Source of the DNA: Bdellovibrionota bacterium
GTDB lineage: Bacteria; Bdellovibrionota; UBA1018; UBA923
Assembly: GCA_040754655.1 (NCBI GenBank)
Contig: JBFMCE010000062.1
Span: 1-23,579 of the forward strand
Length of the DNA: 23,579 nt
Direction of reading: 5' to 3'
Shown here: positions 8,403 through 17,744 of the stretch, piece after piece
Layout of the letters: each line of letters opens with the position of its first letter
Position numbering within the stretch: the stretch's first letter is position 1
Notes under the pieces: generated by a model
Databases searched by the model: none
What the model saw: the letters and a program-made list of their open reading frames with translations, nothing else
What the model was told of the DNA's origin: nothing
Program-made: the position numbers and the translations under genes

Positions 8403-9422
8403 TTACGACTTCCGCGCCGGATTCGCTTGGATCCACTGTTTGGCAAGTGTTTTGGCTTTTTCAAAAGACTTGCTCGAAACCTTCGCGTTGCTTGGCTGCC
8501 GGGCTTCACCGGCCATCTGTTGCATTTGAGCCACACGTTCTTTGCTCGGCGGGTGGGTGCTCATTGCATCAACTATGCTTGACAGTACGGGCACGTTGTT
8601 TTTCTTGTGGGCTTCTTCCATTTTCAAGAGTTTCGCGTAAAAAGTGCCGACATGATCTTTCGAAAAACCTGCGTTCACTGAGGTTCTGAAACCGATGCGG
8701 TCGGCTTCCATCTCGTCTTCTTGTGAATTGGCCATGAACGCGTACTTTTGAATAAGAAAACCTCCGCCGGCGCCGGCAGCCGCACCTATAGCCGAAGCTT
8801 TGACAAGGCAGTTGGTGTCTTTCGGCGGACACAGCAATTTTCCCGCTCCGAAACCAGCAGCTCCTCCGAGAAGACCTCCTCCGACCGCGAAGAGCCAGCT
8901 TTTCTTCTGATCTTTTTTCGCGCGGTCCATCCTCTCCGCCGTATGGCGGGCCTTGATATGCCCGATCTCGTGACCCACCACGCCCGCAAGTTCGGCCTCA
9001 GTCTCTGCCATCTCGAGCAGCGGGGCCGTGACCATCACGGTGCCAGCAGGTAAAGCGAATGCATTGACATAGTTCACGCCAACCACCGTGAAATTGTAAT
9101 TGTAAGGGTTAGCCCGCAAGCCATTGGCGGCGACGATGCGTTGGCCGAGATCCGAGATGTAGGCCTGAAGTTCAGCGTTTTCGATTGGAGGATAATCTTT
9201 GCGCATCTGAGGCAGCACTTCTTGGGTCATGCGTTGCTCGTCTTGCACGCTCATCTCGGTGTTTTGGCCCGAGTTGTCGCCTTCGCGGTTTCGGTGCCGG
9301 CCCGTTGCGCAGGCGGTGAGCAGAAACGGGACTGATGCTAAGAACATGCGTCTTCCAACAGGTGTGCTGGTCAGGGTTTTTAAGATCTGTTCAAGCTCTT
9401 CAAGTGGACTGAGTTTATTCAT
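8403..9422 (-). CDS. M48 family zinc metallopeptidase (BepA/LoiP-like), probable Tat lipoprotein
   Basis: VNAFALPAG, ELAGVVGHEIGH, EMEADRIG, STHPPS.ER; GRRMFL followed by lipobox LTAC. Confidence 0.92.
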   Translation of the reverse strand: MNKLSPLEELEQILKTLTSTPVGRRMFLASVPFLLTACATGRHRNREGDNSGQNTEMSVQDEQRMTQEVLPQMRKDYPPIENAELQAYISDLGQRIVAANGLRANPYNYNFTVVGVNYVNAFALPAGTVMVTAPLLEMAETEAELAGVVGHEIGHIKARHTAERMDRAKKDQKKSWLFAVGGGLLGGAAGFGAGKLLCPPKDTNCLVKASAIGAAAGAGGGFLIQKYAFMANSQEDEMEADRIGFRTSVNAGFSKDHVGTFYAKLLKMEEAHKKNNVPVLSSIVDAMSTHPPSKERVAQMQQMAGEARQPSNAKVSSKSFEKAKTLAKQWIQANPARKS

Positions 9423-9515
9423 ATTCTAGAAATTTTATCCAAGATCAGAAAATGAGCAACCTCTTGAAATTTTTGAAGATGTAAGAGTTTTTGAAAAAAT
9501 ACATGACAAAAATAG

Positions 9516-9542
9516 TAAAGATTTAATGCAAAATGCCGACAC
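9516..9542 (+). promoter_or_regulatory. sigma28 (FliA)-like promoter
   Basis: TAAA(9516-9519)-N15-GCCGACAC(9535-9542), canonical spacing, upstream of ATG 9566. Confidence 0.55.
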
Positions 9543-9565
9543 AGACAAGGTGAGGGGGAATTCTT

Positions 9566-10195
9566 ATGTTCGTGACCGCTCGATCTGAGGTGCAAAGGCT
9601 AAAAGTGACCGCATTCTGGTTTTTAATCTGTTCAATTACCGTAGCGCTCGTCACCCCGACGCCTCTTCGAGCTGAAAAAGAATTCGAGATCTTTGATGGC
9701 AGGGTTTACAACGGCAAATATTACCCACGCATCGACATTATTGAATGGGGTGAGCCTTCGCACATGGAGTTTCACGTCTACTGGAAAGGAAAGCCGGTTG
9801 AGATGTCTTTCCAGCTTGATGAAAGTAAAGGCAAGAAGGTGATGCTTGTGAACTATCACATCAAAGACCGCAAAGAACACCTTTGCCGCCGTGTTTTGGC
9901 GCCCGGGCATTTCTCAGAAAAATTTTTGGTCTATAAAGATACCTCTGACAAAGACATGGATGCGGTGATCGTTTCGATGGCGCCTCTCCCTGAAAAGAAG
10001 GGCCGCGTTTTGTTGAATGCCCCTCAATATGCCTCTTGTGAGATGAGTGAGCCTGACCGTTTCGTGGCAGGCGAAAAGAATGATCCCGCGACCAAAGGCC
10101 ATATCGCGCCTCCTGCGGCTGGCCCAAAAAACTACAAGTCCGATAAGGGTTCGATCAAGAAGAAAGACGCTGCCGTGCCGTTCTCAGATTGGTGA
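9566..10195 (+). CDS. hypothetical exported protein
   Basis: 209 aa; hydrophobic signal ending LRA; SD GAGGGG; two Cys in the mature domain; low-complexity tail ending PFSDW. Confidence 0.75.
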   Translation: MFVTARSEVQRLKVTAFWFLICSITVALVTPTPLRAEKEFEIFDGRVYNGKYYPRIDIIEWGEPSHMEFHVYWKGKPVEMSFQLDESKGKKVMLVNYHIKDRKEHLCRRVLAPGHFSEKFLVYKDTSDKDMDAVIVSMAPLPEKKGRVLLNAPQYASCEMSEPDRFVAGEKNDPATKGHIAPPAAGPKNYKSDKGSIKKKDAAVPFSDW

Positions 10196-10294
10196 GGGGC
10201 GGTGCTCGTTCATCGAACGGGGTATCTGGTCAGACAGGCAAGGACCTACTTTTAAAAGACATACAACAATAATGTCGCCCAGCGCCAAAGGCCG

Positions 10295-12304
10295 ATGAAA
10301 ACGCGACGTTTCGTGATTTTTGCTCTATTCTTGGGTCTTATGAACACCTCAATTTTGACGAAAGTACGGGCCGCCGATTTTGACAAAAAGATTCTTGAAC
10401 ATTGCAGAGCGCAAATTGCAGAATCAAAAGCGCTTCTCAACGAGATCTTGAGCATCAAGAAAAACCGCGACGTCGCCAATACTTTGGTTCCTTACAACAA
10501 GCTTGGAAAGCTTCTCGATTCTGCCGGGGCTTTGGCGGGTCTCATGTCTTCGGTCCACCCAGAAAAAAGGGTGCGCACCTCAGCTGAGACTTGCGAAAGC
10601 GAGATCAGCAAATTCGCCACGGAACTTTCGCTCAACCGCGAGCTTTATGAGGCGTTTACAGGGCTCAATACGGCGGGACTTGATGCGACTGCCCAGAGGT
10701 TGGTCTCCAAGACCATTCAAGATTACAAGCGATCAGGGGTTGATAAAGATGAAGCTACGCGGGCGCGCATTAGAGAGCTCAACGAAGAACTCGTCGTGAT
10801 CGGTCAAGAGTTTGATCGCAATGTGAGGGAAGACATGCGTTATATCGAGCTTGATTCCAAAGATGAGCTCAAGGGTCTGCCCGATGACTACGTTCAAGCA
10901 CACCAACCTGGTGCTAACGGAAAAATTCGAATCACCACCGATTATCCAGACTATGTGCCATTCATGTCATACGCCCATAGCGGCGAGGCCAGACGCAGGC
11001 TCGCTGAAGTATTTAAGAACCGTGGTTATCCTAAAAATGAGTCCGTCTTGAAACACATGCTCGAAAAGCGAGCTGAGCTTGCGAAGGCGCTGGGCTATTC
11101 TTCTTGGGCCGCGTACGTGACCGAAGACAAGATGATCCGAGAAGCTGAGGCAGTATCGAAATTCATTGAAGAGGTCTCTGCCATCGCAAAGACAAGGGCT
11201 CAAAGAGAGTTGGATGAACTCGTTTTAGAGAAGAAAAAAGATGATCCTCAAGCCCGTCAAATTCAAGATTGGGAAAAAGCTTATTATGAAGAACGGGTAA
11301 AACTCGCCAAATACTCGTTTGATGCGAAAGCCGTCAGGCCTTACTTTGAATTCACAAAGGCTAAACAAGGATTGCTCGATCTCACGAGTGAGCTCTTCGC
11401 CATAGAGTATCGCAAGGTTTCTGATGCCAAGGTTTGGCACGATTCAGTCGAGGTCTACGACGTTTACGAAGAAAACCAAGGCAAACATCTCGGACGGATT
11501 TACCTCGACCTGCACCCCAGGGACGGAAAGTACAAGCACGCGGCGCAATTTACCTTGAGAAGCGGGGTGGCCGGCGAGCAGATTCCTGAAGGGGTTTTGG
11601 TCTGCAATTTTCCTGATCCCAAGTCAGCGCAGCCCTATGCTCTCATGGAACATGGCGATGTCGTCACTCTCTTTCACGAATTTGGCCATCTTTTGCACCA
11701 CGTCTTAGGGGGGCACCAGAAGTGGATTCGTTTTTCGGGAGTCGCCACCGAGTGGGACTTTGTCGAAGCTCCTTCGCAATTCCTTGAAGAGTGGGCTTGG
11801 GATGCAAACGTGCTCGGACGATTCGCCACTCATGTGGAGACAGGTGAGGCCATTTCACCCCACCTTGTTGAAAAGATGCGCATTGCGGATGAGTTTGGCC
11901 AAGGTGTGGCGGCAAGGCAGCAGATGTTTTACGCCGCATTGTCTCTGGGGTACCACAACCAAGACCCCTCGAAGTTCGATCCTCTTAAGATGCTCAAAGA
12001 CCTGCAATCAAAGTACAGCATGTTTCCATACCAACCAGGCACGTACTTTCATTTGAACTTCGGCCATCTCAACGGGTACTCAGCGATGTATTACACCTAC
12101 ATGTGGTCGCAGGTGATTGCCAAAGACCTGCTTTCGGTGTTCAAACAAAAAGGAATGATGAATCTTGATCTGGCGTTGCAGTATCGAAAAAAGGTCTTAG
12201 AGCCTGGCGGTTCAAAGGATGCGGCAGATTTAGTGAAAGACTTCTTGGGCCGCCCGTATTCTTTCGACGCGTTTCGTGAGTGGCTCAATGGCTCTGAGTC
12301 TTGA
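10295..12304 (+). CDS. M3A family oligopeptidase (thimet-like) with signal peptide
   Basis: TLFHEFGHLLH, DFVEAPSQFLEEW, YLDLHPRDGKYKHAA, FGHLNGYSAMYYTYMWS, FLGRP. Confidence 0.95.
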   Translation: MKTRRFVIFALFLGLMNTSILTKVRAADFDKKILEHCRAQIAESKALLNEILSIKKNRDVANTLVPYNKLGKLLDSAGALAGLMSSVHPEKRVRTSAETCESEISKFATELSLNRELYEAFTGLNTAGLDATAQRLVSKTIQDYKRSGVDKDEATRARIRELNEELVVIGQEFDRNVREDMRYIELDSKDELKGLPDDYVQAHQPGANGKIRITTDYPDYVPFMSYAHSGEARRRLAEVFKNRGYPKNESVLKHMLEKRAELAKALGYSSWAAYVTEDKMIREAEAVSKFIEEVSAIAKTRAQRELDELVLEKKKDDPQARQIQDWEKAYYEERVKLAKYSFDAKAVRPYFEFTKAKQGLLDLTSELFAIEYRKVSDAKVWHDSVEVYDVYEENQGKHLGRIYLDLHPRDGKYKHAAQFTLRSGVAGEQIPEGVLVCNFPDPKSAQPYALMEHGDVVTLFHEFGHLLHHVLGGHQKWIRFSGVATEWDFVEAPSQFLEEWAWDANVLGRFATHVETGEAISPHLVEKMRIADEFGQGVAARQQMFYAALSLGYHNQDPSKFDPLKMLKDLQSKYSMFPYQPGTYFHLNFGHLNGYSAMYYTYMWSQVIAKDLLSVFKQKGMMNLDLALQYRKKVLEPGGSKDAADLVKDFLGRPYSFDAFREWLNGSES

Positions 12305-12911
12305 GCGGTAGGCTTGCCTTGAAATGGCCCAGCACTTTCGGCGGAAGACTCATCGGCAGAGAGATGGCCTGACCAAATCTCCCGCCAAATCCGCCCCACT
12401 GACCCGCGCGGACGCGTTGGGAAGAGGATCCGTCGCGCGTGACGAAGTCAATTTCATTTTCAAAACAAATCACTTCAGATTCGCCGAGCAGCGGTTCAAA
12501 CGAGGCGAAAAAATCAGTCCCACGCACGCCCATCACGGTATTGGGAGTGCGCAAGACGATTCTTGTAGTGGTAGGCGTGGAGCCCTTGGCGGATTTCACC
12601 AGCATACGCAGTTTTCCTTGAAGAAGTTCCAAAACCGAAAGCCCTTCTGAGGGTTTGGGTTGCGAGAGCAGAATGGAAAAAGGCCCATTCACTATAATCT
12701 CTTGCTCGGCAAGCAGGATCCGGGCTGAACTTCCTTCTCGTCCCGTGAGTTTGTCTTGCCAATCAAGTTTTAGCCCACGAGAAGCGTTGAACTGCCTCCC
12801 ATTGCGATCGATCGTGATCTTGCCAGACATCAAGTCGAGATGGCCTGCTTCAAGGGCAAAACAAACCGAAGGAAGCAAGCTGATAAGAAAAAAAATACGC
12901 GTCATCGGCAT
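12285..12911 (-). CDS. FecR-domain exported protein
   Basis: LELLQGKLR, RTPNTVMGVRGTDF, VICFE.EI; signal peptide ending CFA; start 12911 or 12905 rather than 13016. Confidence 0.82.
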   Translation of the reverse strand: MPMTRIFFLISLLPSVCFALEAGHLDLMSGKITIDRNGRQFNASRGLKLDWQDKLTGREGSSARILLAEQEIIVNGPFSILLSQPKPSEGLSVLELLQGKLRMLVKSAKGSTPTTTRIVLRTPNTVMGVRGTDFFASFEPLLGESEVICFENEIDFVTRDGSSSQRVRAGQWGGFGGRFGQAISLPMSLPPKVLGHFKASLPLKTQSH

Positions 12912-13000
12912 AGAGTCCCTTATTTGGCTAATCTTACAGACCAGAATTAGAGCGGGTTCCGCTCGGTAGAACTGAGCTGGGGCCGCTCTCGCGATACCCT

Positions 13001-13381
13001 TCAGTTCTTCGGGCAATCAAACAGCCGAACCAACCTTGCCCCAAAAAAAGTCCCCGACTTTTCAAGATCCCAAGGCGGGTAGCGCAGGAACTTCGCCTCA
13101 ACGCACTGCCCTTTTTGCGCGACCGCCCACTGACGATCCTCACTGCTTGAGGTAGTGATTTCACCCGTCTCATCACGCACTGCGACCGCAAATGAAAAAA
13201 TCTGCGAGGGAGGAATGGGAGTCTGCCCGCTGATGATCGCAGAGGGTTGTGTGACCCGTTCGATCCCCACGATTTCGCCTTTTACGTTCTTCGCAAAAAC
13301 AAAACTGTAAAAACGCACGGCAATAAAGCCCGCCGCTACAATGAAAACGGATAAAATAGCCAAGAATAACTTGATTTTCAT
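13001..13381 (-). CDS. hypothetical membrane-anchored protein
   Basis: N-terminal TM helix and beta-rich domain (SSEDRQWAVA, YPPWD); ATGA overlap with the S8 gene indicates translational coupling. Confidence 0.8.
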   Translation of the reverse strand: MKIKLFLAILSVFIVAAGFIAVRFYSFVFAKNVKGEIVGIERVTQPSAIISGQTPIPPSQIFSFAVAVRDETGEITTSSSEDRQWAVAQKGQCVEAKFLRYPPWDLEKSGTFFGARLVRLFDCPKN

Positions 13382-14937
13382 TCTTCGAATTCCGTGTCAC
13401 TTGCCCAATTGACATTGATCGATTCAGGCTCGAGGTCTTCACCGAGATCTTCTTGCGAGAGCAACCCGGGCGCGCTCAAGAAGTCTTCAATCTCAAGCGA
13501 ATGAGGTGAAGTGAAAAGCGAGTCTAAAAGGCTATTGCCACCTGCGAGCAATCCATTTCCGATGTCTTGAATCGCACGAGCAGCCTTTGCCGCACGGTAT
13601 ATGTTAAGTTTCCCAAAGCCATACACGGCATTCCATGTTCCGTCGCCTGCATTGCCGTTAGGATCGGTTGACACCGCCGTTTTGATCAGAAGTTTTTTGA
13701 TCTGCACGGGATTGAGCTCTGGGAAGAGCTGCAAAAGAATGCCCACCGCACCCGTGACATGCGGAGACGCCATCGAAGTGCCGCTGTATTTTGCGTAGGC
13801 GCCGCCGGGCACGCTTGAAGGAATATCTACGCCTGGTGCCGTGATCTCCGGTTTTTCAGTCGACTTGTCTTTATAGTCTCCTGGCCCGCGACTCGAAAAT
13901 TTGGCGATGAGACCATCAGGCCCCGTGGCTCCCACAGCCAGAGATGCAGGATGTACCTGAGGTTTCCCGATGGTTTTCGCGCGAGGGCCGCTATTGCCCG
14001 CTGCAAACACCGGCAGAATTCCCGCCGCCTCCCATGACGAGATCATTCGATAAAAGAGCTCCATGTCCGGGGCGCCAGGCGCATGCCATGAGTTGTTGAC
14101 CGCACGAGGGACATCTTTTGTCGCAGGATTGCCGTCTGGATCTAGCATGAATTGCATGCCTTCGATCATCTGGTCATAATCATTCAGCGCGCCCGCCACG
14201 ACAAGTTTTGCTCCTGGCGCGACGCCAATGCGCGTTTCTCCGCGGTCGCCACCAGCTACTGTTCCTGACACGTGCGTGCCATGGGTGTCATAGTCAATCG
14301 GAGCGCCAGGCTTCTTTTTCTCACCATCATAAAACCGCAGGATCTTGTTTTGGAGGGCGGGGTGAGTCCCATCCGCTCCGGTGTCGAGTACGCCAAGAAG
14401 CACTCCGCGCCCATCAAGATCAGGAGCGTCCTTCAAGAGCTCGTCCAGCCCGATCTCTTTGAGACCGTAAGAGCTCACGCTCTCGATATCGCGGCCCCGA
14501 GTCTTTTTGGGTTTGATCTCTTCGACCTTGCGTTTGGCGTAATAGATTTTCTTGATGCCCGGTGCTTTCGCGAGCGCTTTCAATCCTTCACGAGAAACAG
14601 TTGCCGCGAAACCATTGTTTGCCCAATGCAACTTTACTTTCTTCACGGTCTTGTTCATGTGGCCTTGGTCATGCAGAAATTGCGCGACAGGCTTGAAAGC
14701 AAGCTTGGTTCTTTGCTTTAGAAAACGAACCACGGCGCGATGCTGATACCGCGGCGGGCTTTCGATTTTTTCTTCCGGTGAATTGAGAAGGCATATCACT
14801 CGAACGGTGTTGGCGTTTTCTACCTGTCCTTTCCCAAACGGGACAAGCTTTGGATCGATTTTTACCCTCGCATTGACGACCGCAGGAGCACTCAAAAGCA
14901 CCAAACTAAGAAAGGTGAACAAAATCCGTTTCTTCAT
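13378..14937 (-). CDS. S8 subtilisin-like serine peptidase (bacillopeptidase F-like) with propeptide
   Basis: Triad LDTG / HGTHVSGT / SGTSMASPHV; AAGNSG; NNSW; signal peptide from ATG 14937 with SD GGGGGA. Confidence 0.94.
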   Translation of the reverse strand: MKKRILFTFLSLVLLSAPAVVNARVKIDPKLVPFGKGQVENANTVRVICLLNSPEEKIESPPRYQHRAVVRFLKQRTKLAFKPVAQFLHDQGHMNKTVKKVKLHWANNGFAATVSREGLKALAKAPGIKKIYYAKRKVEEIKPKKTRGRDIESVSSYGLKEIGLDELLKDAPDLDGRGVLLGVLDTGADGTHPALQNKILRFYDGEKKKPGAPIDYDTHGTHVSGTVAGGDRGETRIGVAPGAKLVVAGALNDYDQMIEGMQFMLDPDGNPATKDVPRAVNNSWHAPGAPDMELFYRMISSWEAAGILPVFAAGNSGPRAKTIGKPQVHPASLAVGATGPDGLIAKFSSRGPGDYKDKSTEKPEITAPGVDIPSSVPGGAYAKYSGTSMASPHVTGAVGILLQLFPELNPVQIKKLLIKTAVSTDPNGNAGDGTWNAVYGFGKLNIYRAAKAARAIQDIGNGLLAGGNSLLDSLFTSPHSLEIEDFLSAPGLLSQEDLGEDLEPESINVNWASDTEFEE

Positions 14938-15043
14938 TTTTCCCCCAAAATGAAACTTCCGATTTTTCAAGAAATGGGCGTAATCATCTAGGAGCTAACA
15001 TCAGGTGAACGGCTTGTAAAAGCAGAATGAATTTAGATGCGCG

Positions 15044-16522
15044 TCATTTTAACAAACGTTCACAACTGTGCGGGTCTTGTGGGCGTCGAAGTTTGCTCAA
15101 GATATCTTTGATCACATCTAACGCAGATTGCACGGCTCCGTCTGAGTGTGAGGATCTCGTAAAATCGCCCGCGAGATAGAACCGATGCTCCGGTGTCCTC
15201 ACTGCATCTGAAAGCGCATCGAAACGAGATCTCCCCGGGGGCCATGCCGCGATTGATCTTGGGTAGTCCGCATACAACTCGATGCCGAAGATCTCGCTCG
15301 AAATGCCGGGCCAAAATTGTTCAAGTCTGCCCCTGATGAACTCTTCCGCCTCGGTCCTGCTCTTATGGTGAAGTTTTTGCGCGCTTTTTCCCAAAAGAAG
15401 CAGGGTGAGGATGCGTGTTTTTGAACTTTCTTCAGCGAGCTGGTCATAGATTACGCCCAAGTCCGAGTCAGAGAGCAGCGGAAGAAGAGATTGCCCAGAA
15501 ACGGAGTAATACTTTTCAGCCTCAGGCGAAACGATCACATGAGCCTTGAAATAAGTGCCCCATTTTAAAGTACGGATGGCTTCGATCTTCGCTTGCGGCA
15601 GGGCAGGGCTGAATTGCACCTGATTGAGCTGGTGCAGGGGAATAGTGCTCACGCCGAAGGAGGCGTTGATTTGCCTCACTTCATTGGTTGTCCTGTCGCG
15701 GTAGTGAACAAGAACTTCATTGGGTTTGATTTCAAAACGATGCACGAGAATGTTTGACGAGATTGAGTCCGCTCCAATCTTCTCAATTAGTTTTTGGATC
15801 AGGACTTGATTGCCTCCGATTACTTGAAATGCGCGTTCTCCTTGGCCAAGAAAGATCGAATATTCGGCAATGCCATCGAGCGCCGAGATTTGGTTCCATG
15901 GGCGTCCGATTTCAGCTTCAACAGAGATGCGAATCCAGTCTGATACTTTCTTAGGGAGGCGTTGCTTTAGAACCCAAGAGGCAAAAGAAAGTTCCGTCAA
16001 CCGGCGCAGTCGTGGAGGAAGTCCCCCCGCCTCGTGTTTACTGACCTTCTTTAAAACACGAAGGGTGTTTTTTTCAAAATGCTTCAACCTTCGAAATCTT
16101 TGGGTTCCCAGAACTCTTTTCAAGAACTCTTGCTTGCGTTCACCCGGCAGGTACGCCTCGATCTTCCCGTCGAGCACGATGCTTGAAATGCTTTCGCTGG
16201 GTTTGAGAGGAAGATCAAGTTCTTGCAAAAGAGGGACGATAGGGTTGCTCTCCCAGTATTCTTCCATCACGGAGTTGGCGTAGAGTTTTTCACCTTTAAC
16301 CGTGTAGAAAGCCGTAGCGACACGACCCCCTACGTAAGGGTTTTTTTCTAAGATATGAAACGGGATGCCCTGCTGTTTGAGTTTGTAGGCAGCAACGAGA
16401 GCGGTAATGCCGCCACCGACAATGACAACCCCGGTGCGTTCAGGAACGTGGGCCAGTGTAGATTGGCAAAATACGACCGCTGCTATCCACAGAATGGAAA
16501 GCGGACGAAGGCGAAAAAACAC
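15044..16522 (-). CDS. flavin monoamine oxidase family FAD oxidoreductase with signal peptide
   Basis: VVIVGGGITAL.AA, LEK...VGGRV.T, FSPALP..K..AI, YLAGD......GAVQSA. Confidence 0.85.
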   Translation of the reverse strand: MFFRLRPLSILWIAAVVFCQSTLAHVPERTGVVIVGGGITALVAAYKLKQQGIPFHILEKNPYVGGRVATAFYTVKGEKLYANSVMEEYWESNPIVPLLQELDLPLKPSESISSIVLDGKIEAYLPGERKQEFLKRVLGTQRFRRLKHFEKNTLRVLKKVSKHEAGGLPPRLRRLTELSFASWVLKQRLPKKVSDWIRISVEAEIGRPWNQISALDGIAEYSIFLGQGERAFQVIGGNQVLIQKLIEKIGADSISSNILVHRFEIKPNEVLVHYRDRTTNEVRQINASFGVSTIPLHQLNQVQFSPALPQAKIEAIRTLKWGTYFKAHVIVSPEAEKYYSVSGQSLLPLLSDSDLGVIYDQLAEESSKTRILTLLLLGKSAQKLHHKSRTEAEEFIRGRLEQFWPGISSEIFGIELYADYPRSIAAWPPGRSRFDALSDAVRTPEHRFYLAGDFTRSSHSDGAVQSALDVIKDILSKLRRPQDPHSCERLLK

Positions 16523-16628
16523 GAAGTACCCCCCAAAGTGTTCTAATCCCTTTTGTCTATCAAGGCAGTTTCGTACACAAAGTGTCGGGGCATGACAAAG
16601 CTTTTTTCGTGCACGAGCTGATTCCTGA

Positions 16629-17729
16629 CTATGAGGCGCTTCGGGTCTGGTCTTGCGCCGCTTTGGGGGCAGTGATGTCGGGCGGAAGCATCCGCCGATT
16701 CATTACAGGCACATAGGTCATCAAATAGACCGTACGCGCGATTGCAAAAAGAGGCGGAGCTACGAACACTCCAAGCAGACCAAACCAACTTCCGAAAACT
16801 AGCATGGTCGTCATCAATTGCACTGGCGGAAGTTCAATGCGGCCCTTCATGGTCAACGGAATGATGATCTGGCTTTCAATCTGCTGGTTCACAAGGAATA
16901 GACCTACGATCCAGGGCACTTGATCTGGTTGAGTGCCAAAGCTTACAAGCGAAATGGCAATGAGAGCGAAGAACGGCCCGATGTATGGAACGATATCGAC
17001 GATTGCCGTGAGCACCCCGAAAAGGGGCCAGTAATCCACTCCCAAGATCCAAAGCCCCAGACTGGTAAGCGTTCCTACCATTGTCATCGCGATGAGTTGC
17101 GAACCAAACCATTGGCGCAGCGTCGTGGCGGAAGCTTCGAGCACGCGTTTGGTTTTGGGGCGCATGTGAGACGGAAAGAGAGAGAGAAAGCCTGAGAGAT
17201 AAGAACCGGGGTTCACCGCGATATACAACGACGCGATCACGATGAAAAAGAATCCTCCGATGGCCGAAGCGCCGAATTGAATTCCGGTGAACACCGCGCC
17301 GGCAGAGTCACGAAACGTGTTTGCAAAACTGAAGTTCTGCACTTGGCGTTGAATCCAAGGATAGCGTTCAAACAGACTTGCAAGCCGTGTCTTGACGGTC
17401 GAGAGCAATTCAGGCAACTGCTGCGCCAGCGGTACGACCTGTTCCGACACAAGGCGCACTAAAAGATAGATGAGGCCCGAGAGGCTCCCTACGAGTAAAA
17501 TAAAAAACAGCGCCGCTCCAATTGCGCGAGGAATATGAAGCTTTTCCTTGAGTGTCCGCATGAGCGGAGCTACCAAGACGCCAAGGCCCACTCCAATGAG
17601 GGCTGCCATCGCGATCCAACGCACAGAGTAAACGGCGGCGGTAAGGCCAAAAAAAACGACCGCAAAAAAGATGATGAGCAAGCCCTGTTGGACAGGACGA
17701 TAGAAACCATTTCTTAGTGAGTCATTCAT
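16629..17729 (-). CDS. AI-2E (UPF0118/PerM) family transporter
   Basis: Multiple TM helices; VPYIGP, QQIESQIIIP, FGLLGVFVAPPL. Confidence 0.92.
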   Translation of the reverse strand: MNDSLRNGFYRPVQQGLLIIFFAVVFFGLTAAVYSVRWIAMAALIGVGLGVLVAPLMRTLKEKLHIPRAIGAALFFILLVGSLSGLIYLLVRLVSEQVVPLAQQLPELLSTVKTRLASLFERYPWIQRQVQNFSFANTFRDSAGAVFTGIQFGASAIGGFFFIVIASLYIAVNPGSYLSGFLSLFPSHMRPKTKRVLEASATTLRQWFGSQLIAMTMVGTLTSLGLWILGVDYWPLFGVLTAIVDIVPYIGPFFALIAISLVSFGTQPDQVPWIVGLFLVNQQIESQIIIPLTMKGRIELPPVQLMTTMLVFGSWFGLLGVFVAPPLFAIARTVYLMTYVPVMNRRMLPPDITAPKAAQDQTRSAS

Positions 17730-17744
17730 GACAGCCTGAGGCAG

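Noticed and set aside
9470..9495. Direct repeat TTTTTGAA twice in the divergent promoter region
   Set aside because: Short and low complexity in AT-rich DNA.
12285..12304. 20-bp convergent overlaps here and at 22386-22405
   Set aside because: Ordinary in compact genomes.
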